Shown piece after piece: positions 1 to 8,329 of a stretch of DNA of 32,000 nt. Under the pieces are notes generated by a model. The model saw nothing but the letters and a program-made list of their open reading frames with translations, made no database searches and was not told the origin of the DNA. Origin of the DNA: Tannockella kyphosi (lineage in GTDB: Bacteria; Bacillota_I; Bacilli_A; Erysipelotrichales; Coprobacillaceae); assembly GCF_021054785.1 (NCBI RefSeq), contig NZ_CP088239.1:750001-782000 (forward strand), given 5' to 3'. The position numbers were made by a program, and so were the translations under genes. Positions within the stretch are counted from its first letter, which is position 1, and every line of letters begins with the position of its first letter.

Positions 1-555
1 AAGTAAATTTTTTGCAATCTTTAGTCTTGGATACATCATATTAAGCCAGTTTGCGTGGTATTTGTTTTTTGATTTTTCGTTTTTTTGTAGTGGGTTTCCG
101 TCCTCGTCTGCCACACCCTCTGCAACATCACTTTCTTTTTTATCCATTGCGAATTTATCGTTATATACAAAGTCATTACCAGTGTTATATGGTGGGTCTA
201 TGTATATCATTTTGATAGAACCATAGTAATTTTGGCGAAGAAGTTTCAGCACTTCAAGGTTATCGCCCTCAATATATAGGTTTTCAGTTTCTAGTGGGTT
301 TTTGCTACCCGCGGCTATATATTTTAATGTTCTGTTATAAACATCTTCTTGTGATATTTTCTTTGCAGATTGTTTGCCCGACCAAGTAAGCTCGTACTTT
401 TCGCTGTCCACTTCCTCAATCTTCCCCAGTTCTTCCTTTAATGCCTCAACATCAAGCATTCCGTCCTTAACAGCACTAGGGAAAAGCTGTGCTAAGGCTT
501 TTAGATTGTCACCGACAATGTTGTTTATTCCTTGTGGTATTTTATTGTTTTCCAT
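1..555 (-). CDS. Type III-like (Mod) N6/N4 DNA methyltransferase, N-terminal 185 codons; continues beyond the window start
   Basis: Hand translation of the minus strand from the ATG at 555 gives MENNKIPQG...YELTWSGK...LYIEGDNLEVLKLLRQNYYGSIKMIYIDPPYNTGNDFVYND...HANWLNMMYPRLKIAKNLL. The DPPY motif IV and surrounding pattern are typical of Mod-type methylases. The ATG directly abuts the TAA of the upstream gene (553-558). Confidence 0.8.
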   Translation of the reverse strand, partial: MENNKIPQGINNIVGDNLKALAQLFPSAVKDGMLDVEALKEELGKIEEVDSEKYELTWSGKQSAKKISQEDVYNRTLKYIAAGSKNPLETENLYIEGDNLEVLKLLRQNYYGSIKMIYIDPPYNTGNDFVYNDKFAMDKKESDVAEGVADEDGNPLQKNEKSKNKYHANWLNMMYPRLKIAKNLL

Positions 556-1269
556 TTATTTTTTCTCCTTTAATTTTAACAAAATGGTATTTGTTTCTTT
601 CAATTTCTCCTCTAGCATATCTTTAAGTCTTACTATTTCGGGTTTATAGTCAAGTATGGCTGATTTATACAATGACATATCAAAACAAAAATCGAGATTA
701 TGCTCCTTATTTCGTTCATCTATAAAATTACAATTAATTCGTACATCAGTGGCATTCACAAACTTCTTGTCTGAGCTTTTATATTCCGTATCTATTATAT
801 CGACATAAATTATATATTGTTGTTTCGGTGGCAGTGAAATAGGGGTTTGTTCTAATTTTGATATATGTTCAAAGAAAATTTCTTTATATATGCATTTTTT
901 TGCTTCTTGATTAAATTTGATTTTTAATTCTTTAGCACTTGAAATTCCCGTATTTTCAACAATAAAAGCTAATCTACTTTCAATAAATTTAAAATTTATA
1001 ATTATATTAGGCTTGTTCATTTCATCATAAAGTCTGAAGTTTTGCCAAAGTGCCAACGCTCCTAAACAAACAGTTCCTATAAACGTCAAAAAACTACCAT
1101 AAAATGATAACAACTCATAATCTTTAAAAGATGTTACGGTGAAACAAAACCCCTTCATAGGGTATATAAGGTTAATTATTTGTGGAATAAAAGCTGAAAT
1201 AATTATAATAACTACTATAACTATAATCCAAAACCACCATTGTTTATAAAAAGGTTTTTTCTTATTCAA
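556..1269 (-). CDS. Hypothetical 2-TM membrane protein (237 aa), paralogous at its N-terminus to the neighbouring 307-aa protein
   Basis: ORF with a TTG start at 1269 and a GGAGG 7 nt upstream, inside the last codons of the preceding gene. Two hydrophobic helices are present (WWFWIIVIVVIIIISAF and FYGSFLTFIGTVCLGALALW). No recognisable enzymatic motif. Confidence 0.6.
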   Translation of the reverse strand: MNKKKPFYKQWWFWIIVIVVIIIISAFIPQIINLIYPMKGFCFTVTSFKDYELLSFYGSFLTFIGTVCLGALALWQNFRLYDEMNKPNIIINFKFIESRLAFIVENTGISSAKELKIKFNQEAKKCIYKEIFFEHISKLEQTPISLPPKQQYIIYVDIIDTEYKSSDKKFVNATDVRINCNFIDERNKEHNLDFCFDMSLYKSAILDYKPEIVRLKDMLEEKLKETNTILLKLKEKK

Positions 1270-1271
1270 AT

Positions 1272-2195
1272 CTAATCCTCCTCAAATTTCAATTCGTTTT
1301 CATGTCCATAAGAGCATTCTGATATATTTTCATTATTCACGCTAACAGTTATATATTGTTTGAACGATATTCCGGTGATAGTAGTATTAGTGATATATAG
1401 TCTGAAGCATAAACCTCCTAGTGGTTTTTCCCAAAAGTCTTTGTATGTTTCATTCTTAAAATATATAAACATACAAAACAACTCATCTTCATGTTGGTTC
1501 AAGAGTGTTGAGATCCCTGCTTTAGGATGGTTTTGATTAAAACAAACAGCTTGCTCCACCGAAACAGTATCGGTTTTAATGCCTACGATTTCAATTCTAT
1601 CAAATGCTATATGCCTTATAATGGCTTGTGACGTATTGGCAAGTTTGAAATTAACAACTTTACAATATTGCTGAATTTCATAATCTTTCTCATTGTCAAT
1701 ATCGATGTTCAACGTTATATAGTTATTCTTTAATTCCACTGTTTCGCCTGTATGAACACTATTAATTTTATTATGAGATTTAGAAAAATAATACCTTTCC
1801 ATTGGAGCTGTGATAGATGTTGAATTTCTTGCACAGAATGTAGTCTGTCCAATTACAACATCTACAATCTTTATCACGGGTAATAAACTTTGTGCATTGA
1901 TTTTTTGAAAGTAATTATTTTCTTTACTTAGGTTCTCATTGATTTTATTTAGTTTCTTATTTTGATAAAAAGCCAATGAACCCAAGGTAACAGTTCCAAT
2001 AAAAGAAAGTATAGAGCCATAAAATAATATCATATCACTTGCAGAAAATACTGTGTTTGGTAGCCCGTCGGCTGTACCCTTTAAGTATGTATAGTTTATA
2101 ATAAATGGAGTTGCTACAAGTACAAGTATAGTTGCTACTACACTTAGCCAAAACCACCATTGCATATAAAATATTTTTTTATCTTTATTCATCAT
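1272..2195 (-). CDS. Hypothetical 2-TM membrane protein (307 aa), paralogous at its N-terminus to the 237-aa protein
   Basis: The N-terminus, FYMQWWFWLSVVATILVLVA ... FYGSILSFIGTVTLGSLAFYQN, aligns with the 237-aa protein. The C-terminal ~210 aa is unrelated and looks beta-rich. The start lies 9 nt after the stop of the upstream gene. Confidence 0.6.
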   Translation of the reverse strand: MMNKDKKIFYMQWWFWLSVVATILVLVATPFIINYTYLKGTADGLPNTVFSASDMILFYGSILSFIGTVTLGSLAFYQNKKLNKINENLSKENNYFQKINAQSLLPVIKIVDVVIGQTTFCARNSTSITAPMERYYFSKSHNKINSVHTGETVELKNNYITLNIDIDNEKDYEIQQYCKVVNFKLANTSQAIIRHIAFDRIEIVGIKTDTVSVEQAVCFNQNHPKAGISTLLNQHEDELFCMFIYFKNETYKDFWEKPLGGLCFRLYITNTTITGISFKQYITVSVNNENISECSYGHENELKFEED

Positions 2196-2204
2196 ATACC
2201 ATAT

Positions 2205-3017
2205 TTAACCTTTCATTATTTCTTCTTTACTAACAAAGTATTCTTTGTGCATACTTGCGTTATCATCCAATCTTAAAATAGGATTCTCATGGTCGTAAAT
2301 ATATCTTGAATTGTATTCATAAATTCGTAAACACACTTTTTCTATTAGAAACAACACTTTTTCGTTATCTGATAATTTGTCATTGTTATCAAACATTACT
2401 TCAGATAAAGGAACGAGATATTCATAACAGTAATACGTGCTGTTTTTTGTATAGTCTTTTAATACACTAGGAAATTTCAAAAAAACAGCTAAATCGCTTA
2501 TAAATTCAGGAGCAGAAAACAACGCAGTATAGTAACTGTTTTGATGAAGTTGATCCTTTAGAGAAAATCCATTAAAACAATAATCTTGTCTATCTTGATA
2601 GTATCCTAATCTAACTTTTAGACGAGCTACATTAGCTGTGCTAGAGTAGTTGTCAAGATCCAACTCTTGCAATACCCCTTTATAGTAGATCTCGATATAA
2701 TTATTATTTTCTTGAAAAGCGATTTTGTATGAAGCTAAATAATCACTCAATGCTGTTTTATTTAATAGCAAATCCCTTAAATTCAATCCGTTATCATTTA
2801 TATCCGAATTCAATCTTCTACCTAAATGAAAGAATAAAATCTTATCTAATTTCTTTACAGGTCTACACTGCTTTACAAATTCTTTAATGCCTTGGCAAAA
2901 AATATCAGAACTCATAGCAGCACTGCTTATTTGATGTAAAAGACTTTCTTCGGAAACATCTAAGTATCTACAAAGAGAGTCTATCATAGTTTCTTTTGTA
3001 TATGTTTGTATATGCAT
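2205..3017 (-). CDS. Hypothetical protein (270 aa), no recognised domain
   Basis: The ATG at 3017 immediately follows the TAA of the DUF4391-like gene, with a GGAGG 8 nt upstream. The only motif-like element I see is RYIYDH (an Rx4H pattern) near the C-terminus, which is weak on its own. Confidence 0.55.
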   Translation of the reverse strand: MHIQTYTKETMIDSLCRYLDVSEESLLHQISSAAMSSDIFCQGIKEFVKQCRPVKKLDKILFFHLGRRLNSDINDNGLNLRDLLLNKTALSDYLASYKIAFQENNNYIEIYYKGVLQELDLDNYSSTANVARLKVRLGYYQDRQDYCFNGFSLKDQLHQNSYYTALFSAPEFISDLAVFLKFPSVLKDYTKNSTYYCYEYLVPLSEVMFDNNDKLSDNEKVLFLIEKVCLRIYEYNSRYIYDHENPILRLDDNASMHKEYFVSKEEIMKG

Positions 3018-3734
3018 TTAACACTCCTCCAAGCAACTAATATGATTTTTTATCTTTTTATTTAGCTTTACTTTCTCGATATTTCCACTAGCTTTTACTA
3101 AGCTAAGTTTAAGTAATTCCAACCCTCTCAAATTAGCATACAGCTTACGAACTTTACTTTCACTATACCAAATATCCTTGCGCATTAAAAATTCTTTACT
3201 GTTTGCATACACCTTACTATTTGTCAAAATATATGCCTTAACATACATTTCAAGGTAGGTAGTAACTTTGTTTTGCTTGCCAATAAGATTATCTAGTGCT
3301 AGGTGGTTTTCCAGTTCCTTTTTATCAGTGCTAGTGATAGTGGTATAAAAATCACTTGTCACTAGAGTATCAGTCACTACAATTTGTGTATTATCTGTTT
3401 GGCTAAGTCTTTTAAGTGCGAAAGAGTAAACCTCTTTGCTATTGTCGTGTAGCCTTAATACACAAGGTGATTTGATGATAGTTTGATACATATTAGCTAA
3501 AAAAGTAGCCTTTTTAATATCTACGAGTTCAAGGTCATAAAACTGAATTGTCCACACATTATATTCATCATTTATCACCGATGGAATTTCTTCGCCAATA
3601 ATCTGATATGAAAGTGTGCAGCTCTTAACATTGTCTTTGATTTTCTTTTTAACGGCAGGCTTTAGTTCCTTTGGAATAAAGTCTTTCATTGGGAGCTTTA
3701 TATCGACTTTGTACTTATCATCTAGTTTTAGCAT
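3018..3734 (-). CDS. DUF4391-like protein (238 aa), helicase/methylase-associated
   Basis: Its size, its position between an SNF2 helicase and a Mod methylase, and the N-terminal pattern (...KDFIPKELK...) match my recollection of DUF4391. This is not HMM-verified. The start overlaps the helicase stop (TAATG at 3732-3736). Confidence 0.5.
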   Translation of the reverse strand: MLKLDDKYKVDIKLPMKDFIPKELKPAVKKKIKDNVKSCTLSYQIIGEEIPSVINDEYNVWTIQFYDLELVDIKKATFLANMYQTIIKSPCVLRLHDNSKEVYSFALKRLSQTDNTQIVVTDTLVTSDFYTTITSTDKKELENHLALDNLIGKQNKVTTYLEMYVKAYILTNSKVYANSKEFLMRKDIWYSESKVRKLYANLRGLELLKLSLVKASGNIEKVKLNKKIKNHISCLEEC

Positions 3735-6700
3735 TATTCCACCACCAAAAATGAGATAAGCTCAAAATCGTCCGTTGTATCATCAGCAAAAGCATTATTA
3801 AAACCACCAAAGTCAAATGACATGGAAATAGCTTTTTCTTCTTCAACACCCTTTATCGATTTCACAGCCTTATTTAGCAAGTCAGAGTAGAACGACATAT
3901 TATTGGTGTGGCTTGTTCGGTTAAGAAACTTGTCGAAATATTCTTTCATTGGCTGGCTTTTGCCATAGCATAATTTACGGAACACTTTTAAAACTTCTCT
4001 AGCTTGACTGTTTCCATATAAGATTTCCCCATCATTACTAATATAGATCGTGTAGTATGGATAGAGAGATGAGTCGGATTTTGGTTTGTCGCTTAAATTG
4101 CTATGCTTAAAGCAAAGCAACACACCATGATTTTCTCCATCTGTAACGGAATAAATTCCATTAGGGACTTTTTTAAGTTCAGCATGATTGCTTATATAGG
4201 AAGAAAGCTCGTGTAGATACTCATTCATATTTAGGTCAGATAGAGATATGTTTTCATTTGCGTCATCAATATCTATCACTTCATCTTTCAGTCTTTCAAG
4301 CTGTCTTTTTCTGAAATTAAAATCATTCATCTCGGGAGTTAGGACATCTTCATCACCAGTAGAAACAAGGTTGAGTGTAGTCATTTTACCTTTTACTCGT
4401 TGCTCTAATCCAAGATACTCGTTTAATTCCATGTTAGGGAAGAAGTTTATCATTTGTATCTGTTCGTTTGTGCTACCGATACGATCAATTCTACCAAATC
4501 GCTGTATCAGTGATACAGGATTCCATTGAATATCAAAGTTGATAACAGTATCGCAGTCTTGTAAGTTCTGTCCCTCTGAAATACAATCTGTACCAATAAG
4601 AATATCTATTTGTTCTTTGTGTGGTATTTCTTTCTTCGTTTTAGATTTAGGAGAGAAAGCACACAAGACATCATTAAACTTAGCATCTATTAATTTGTTG
4701 GTGGTTTTAGCACCTTTACCAGTAACAACAGCAGAATGAATATTATTGCTTTTTAGCTCACTTGCGATTTCTTTATAAATATAGTCAGCAGTATCAGAAA
4801 AAGCAGTGAAGATTAGTAACTTTCTATTACCTACGTTATAAGGTGTTGTAGTGATTTTCTTAATAATAATTTCTTTAAGTTCTTCTATTTTAGCATCTCG
4901 GTTTAAGTCCAAAATTTGCTTTGCTTCAGCATAGATTTTTTTCAATATGATTTTATCACCTTCGAGATCGTTTAAATAATCTACAATACGCAAATGTTTT
5001 ACTTCAATTTCATACTTGCCTTCAAGATATGGATATTCTTCATCACCAAAATCACCTTGTTCTTCATCTACATATCCACCATTTTCAAGCCGATAAATTG
5101 TATTATCAATCTTTTCAAGTAGTCGTCTTAAAGTTTCAGCGAATGAAAATACAGAACTTTCAAGTCTTTTAAATAGATTAAATCTATGCAAGACTACCAT
5201 ACCTTTTGATTGAGTATCAAAATCCATCTTACCACCACGTTTACCAGTTAATTTGTACTTTTCGAGGTATATTTTTTGGAACTCTGATTTAATATATTTA
5301 GTTGGAGTATAAACCGATAAGTTTAATACCTCTAGTAACTCGTTAGTATCCTCAAATTTCAGCAAAATAGACATTGTATCTATGTCATTGCGAATAGTAT
5401 CGGGTTTATTCTTTTCGGGAAATTTACCGACGCTGCTGCTTCCATAAAATCCAGTAATGTGTTTTCTACTTCGTGATATGGTCAGTATTTCCAGTAGTTT
5501 ATAAAAATCTGATGGCAAGCTATCTAGCAATAAATTTTTGTTTTTACTATCTTCTCTTTCCCAAAGATTGATAGCAGCAGAAGTCTTTCTAAGTAGATTA
5601 TCCACACTAGAAATACCCTCACCTTGGAATGCAAAATCTTCATCTCTTGAAATAATGCTTATCTGATTTTTCAAGTCTACTAAACTGTTATTTACTGGAG
5701 TAGCAGAGAGTAATAGCACCTTTGTACTATTCTTCCCCTTTTTGATAACATCTTGTAGTAGCCTTGCGTACCTTGTCATAATCAGCTGATCATTATCGTC
5801 ATATCTGTCTTTACGATTTCTAAAATTATGGGACTCATCAATTACAACTAAATCGAAATCGCTCCAGTTGAATTGTTTTAAATCATGTCCCGATGTAGAC
5901 ATACCCTTATATCTCGATAAGTCAGTATGAAACAGTATTCTGTAATTAAATCTTTCATTAAGGAAACTTCCTTTGTTATCCCCTTTAAAAGAATTCCAGT
6001 TATCATACAGTTTAGCAGGTGTTAAAACTAGAACATTATCCATTTTGATTTCAAAATATTTGATTACAGCAAGAGCTTCGAATGTTTTACCCAAACCAAC
6101 AGAGTCAGCAATAATACAGCCACCATATTTATGAAGCTTTTGAATAGCTGATACAACGCAATCTTTTTGAAAATCAAATAGTGCATTCCATATTTCTGTA
6201 CTTTTGAATTTTTGGCTATCATTTTCAAATCGCTCAACACCACTATCTAATTGATGTCCAAATAGCTCGTTTAGAGTGAAGTAATATAGAAACTCTGGCG
6301 AGTGGTCTTTATATATGTAAGCCAAACTTTGTAATAATTCCTGTTTATAATCAGCAGAATATTGTTCGTTATACCAAATTTGCTCAAAAACATTTTTAGC
6401 GTGGTTTATTTGTTCCTTATCTATACTGCCATTAAGCATAGTATCAAAATTAAAACTTTGTATGCCACGTTTTCTCTTGGGTGTAAGCTCTAATGACGAT
6501 GATCCTTGTATCATGAAGTCGTCATCTATAATTAAAACATTGCCACCAATATTAACTTTAGGATTAACTTTCTTTACATTAACATTTTTCTTTATGAAGT
6601 CGTGCATTGCTTTTGCTTTCGCAAAATGTTCTAATTTGTTTTTCTCTACAATGTCATAAGAGTTGTATAAAATATCATTCGGTGATATTTCAAACTCGTG

Positions 6701-6907
6701 GGATATTTCGGTCTTATCGGGTACGAATTTTGTATCTCTAATTATAAAATTAATTTCTTTTACATTTTTTAAGTTCTTTTCTAATAATGCAAACACCGAT
6801 AAAGTAAGTTTATCATTCACTATGTTTATCGTAGCATTAGTTTTAGTTTTAAGAACATCATTTATTTTTTCAATAAGATGCTCCGAATTGTTCACTACGT
6901 TACTCAT
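3734..6907 (-). CDS. SNF2-family (SF2) helicase/ATPase with an N-terminal PLD-like region
   Basis: Helicase motifs are present: ADSVGLGKTFEA (I), VVIDESHNFRN (II, DExH), LLLSATPVNN (III) and GTDCISEGQNLQ...QRFGRIDRIGS (V/VI). The N-terminal ~170 aa contains ...GGNVLIIDDDFMIQGSSSLE, resembling the GSxN half of a PLD fold without a clear HxK. The ORF is open to 6943, but the ATG at 6907 has the best RBS (AGAGGA, 8 nt upstream). Confidence 0.85.
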   Translation of the reverse strand: MSNVVNNSEHLIEKINDVLKTKTNATINIVNDKLTLSVFALLEKNLKNVKEINFIIRDTKFVPDKTEISHEFEISPNDILYNSYDIVEKNKLEHFAKAKAMHDFIKKNVNVKKVNPKVNIGGNVLIIDDDFMIQGSSSLELTPKRKRGIQSFNFDTMLNGSIDKEQINHAKNVFEQIWYNEQYSADYKQELLQSLAYIYKDHSPEFLYYFTLNELFGHQLDSGVERFENDSQKFKSTEIWNALFDFQKDCVVSAIQKLHKYGGCIIADSVGLGKTFEALAVIKYFEIKMDNVLVLTPAKLYDNWNSFKGDNKGSFLNERFNYRILFHTDLSRYKGMSTSGHDLKQFNWSDFDLVVIDESHNFRNRKDRYDDNDQLIMTRYARLLQDVIKKGKNSTKVLLLSATPVNNSLVDLKNQISIISRDEDFAFQGEGISSVDNLLRKTSAAINLWEREDSKNKNLLLDSLPSDFYKLLEILTISRSRKHITGFYGSSSVGKFPEKNKPDTIRNDIDTMSILLKFEDTNELLEVLNLSVYTPTKYIKSEFQKIYLEKYKLTGKRGGKMDFDTQSKGMVVLHRFNLFKRLESSVFSFAETLRRLLEKIDNTIYRLENGGYVDEEQGDFGDEEYPYLEGKYEIEVKHLRIVDYLNDLEGDKIILKKIYAEAKQILDLNRDAKIEELKEIIIKKITTTPYNVGNRKLLIFTAFSDTADYIYKEIASELKSNNIHSAVVTGKGAKTTNKLIDAKFNDVLCAFSPKSKTKKEIPHKEQIDILIGTDCISEGQNLQDCDTVINFDIQWNPVSLIQRFGRIDRIGSTNEQIQMINFFPNMELNEYLGLEQRVKGKMTTLNLVSTGDEDVLTPEMNDFNFRKRQLERLKDEVIDIDDANENISLSDLNMNEYLHELSSYISNHAELKKVPNGIYSVTDGENHGVLLCFKHSNLSDKPKSDSSLYPYYTIYISNDGEILYGNSQAREVLKVFRKLCYGKSQPMKEYFDKFLNRTSHTNNMSFYSDLLNKAVKSIKGVEEEKAISMSFDFGGFNNAFADDTTDDFELISFLVVE

Positions 6908-6963
6908 TTGTTTCATCCTCTCATTTCTTGTTTGTACATACAAAATTAGCTGTGGAATGCCTT

Positions 6964-7179
6964 TTATTCATTAATTGTTTCTCGTACAACATCACATATA
7001 TCTCCAATGTTGCAATTTAAGTAATCACATATTCTGATAAGAACTGATAGTGAAACTTCTTCACTCTTATTTAATTTGTTCAAAGTGCCTGTCGCTAAAT
7101 TTAAATCTTTTCTCATTGTTGGTTTTGAAATATTTTTCTCAATAAGTAAAATCCATAGCTTTTTATAGCTTATCTTCAT
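6964..7179 (-). CDS. Small XRE/Cro-type HTH regulator (possible controller protein of the downstream operon)
   Basis: The ~71-aa sequence MKISYKKLWILLIEKNISKPTMRKDLNLATGTLNKLNKSEEVSLSVLIRICDYLNCNIGDI is a typical short HTH_26/XRE protein. The ATG at 7179 has a GAGGTG RBS 7 nt upstream. The ORF track starts at a TTG at 7185. Confidence 0.75.
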   Translation of the reverse strand: MKISYKKLWILLIEKNISKPTMRKDLNLATGTLNKLNKSEEVSLSVLIRICDYLNCNIGDICDVVRETINE

Positions 7180-7232
7180 ACTCAATCACCTCGTTTTTCT
7201 TTTTCGTTTTACGCAAAATCATCTTATCCTAT

Positions 7233-7261
7233 ATTATATCACAAAGATATCTAAAGCACAA
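7233..7261 (-). promoter_or_regulatory. Sigma-A-type promoter for the XRE-helicase-methylase operon
   Basis: The minus strand reads TTGTGC (7261-7256), a 17-nt spacer, then TGaTATAAT (extended -10, 7241-7233), about 45 nt upstream of the XRE start. Confidence 0.4.
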
Positions 7262-7275
7262 TAAAACCTACCTTC

Positions 7276-7309
7276 TTTTTATCAAAATAATGCAACTTCT
7301 TGATAAAAA
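7276..7309. promoter_or_regulatory. Perfect 10-bp inverted repeat (TTTTTATCAA-N14-TTGATAAAAA), candidate operator
   Basis: Read directly from the sequence. It lies just upstream of the predicted -35 of the minus-strand promoter. Confidence 0.35.
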
Positions 7310-7576
7310 TTATTATCCTGTTGTAATTTTAATAAGATCAAGTGGCACGAGTATAAAAGCATTTTTTTGCTTACAAGTCATTTTCCTTCAAGCATAAACA
7401 AGTTTTGCCTTGCTATGAAAGCGGTATTTGTAATTTTATAAGAGCTTTTTACACAGCTTGTCGATACAAATTACATTATTTTATCTTTCAACAGTATATG
7501 ACAAATTCTGCCATTACATTGTTGTATTATAGGTTTATGGCTATAAAGGTTAGCCTATTAACACAATAGATGTGAG

Positions 7577-7942
7577 GTGAGAGAAATTAGTGGTGATAAA
7601 CCGATTTACAAGAAACTGATAGGTATTATCGAAGATGATATTTTAAATGAAACGTACAAGGAGGATGAAATTATTATTTCAACAACACAGATTAGCAAAC
7701 AGTATGAAGTAAACTCAACAACAGCAATGAAAACGATTAGTGTATTAAAGGAAAATGGAATTATTTATAAGAAACGAGGAATTGGAATGGCAGTTACAAG
7801 TAATAGCAGGAGCATTATTTTAAGCAAACGAAAAATGATGTTCATGGATCAATTACTACCGGAACTTATTTTAGAAGCAGGTAAGTTAGATATATCGAAA
7901 AAAGAATTAGCGACTTTGATATTGAAAGGTGAACTTTATTAA
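7577..7942 (+). CDS. GntR-family (YtrA-like) transcriptional regulator
   Basis: A winged-HTH pattern is present: PIYKKLIGIIEDDILNETYKEDEIIISTTQISKQYEVNSTTAMKTISVLKENGIIYKKRGIGMAV. The short C-terminal tail is typical of the YtrA subfamily. GTG start. Confidence 0.75.
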   Translation: MREISGDKPIYKKLIGIIEDDILNETYKEDEIIISTTQISKQYEVNSTTAMKTISVLKENGIIYKKRGIGMAVTSNSRSIILSKRKMMFMDQLLPELILEAGKLDISKKELATLILKGELY

Positions 7943-8112
7943 GAGATACATTTGCCAATAAATGTAGTAATTATCTACTGTTGTATAATGAAATTTCAGA
8001 ACATGAAAGTATCATCTATTATTATTTAACACAGCTATGTGGGGTAATACTATGAAGTACACATTATTAGATAACGACGATAGTATACATAAAACACTAA
8101 AATACATTGAAA

Positions 8113-8144
8113 GCAGTAATCCGAAAAGGGTTACTGCTTTTTTT
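8113..8144 (+). terminator. Rho-independent terminator
   Basis: GCAGTAA-N11-TTACTGC stem followed by T7. Confidence 0.5.
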
Positions 8145-8164
8145 ATAAGTTGCGAATTTTGTAG

Positions 8165-8214
8165 AAAAAGGCGATTTTTTGACACGTACAGTGTTCAAAA
8201 GGTCGCCTTTTTTT
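8165..8214 (+). terminator. Rho-independent terminator (long imperfect hairpin)
   Basis: AAAAAGGCGA ... TCGCCTTTTT outer stem with an inner TTTTGACAC/GTGTTCAAAA pairing, followed by a T-run. Confidence 0.5.
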
Positions 8215-8329
8215 GTTACATAAATAATTTGATTTTAATTTCAAGAAGATGGGAGTGCTACAAGCTCAAGTATCCGTAATTTTTTAATTTTTGACAAACA
8301 ACAAATTAAAAAATTAAAGGAGAAAGAAA

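Noticed and set aside
374-649. Plus-strand 91-aa ORF
   Set aside because: It is antisense to the Mod methylase N-terminus and the end of the 237-aa gene, with a serine/phenylalanine-rich artefactual translation.
4248-6974. Plus-strand ORFs 4248-4529, 4539-4739, 6462-6659 and 6663-6974
   Set aside because: They are antisense to the well-supported SNF2 helicase gene. Their S/F/L/I-rich low-complexity translations are typical of the reverse frame of an AT-rich coding region.
8037-8279. 80-aa ORF in the track downstream of the GntR gene
   Set aside because: It has no RBS and reads straight through two strong terminator hairpins (8113-8144 and 8165-8214). Its composition is that of AT-rich intergenic DNA.
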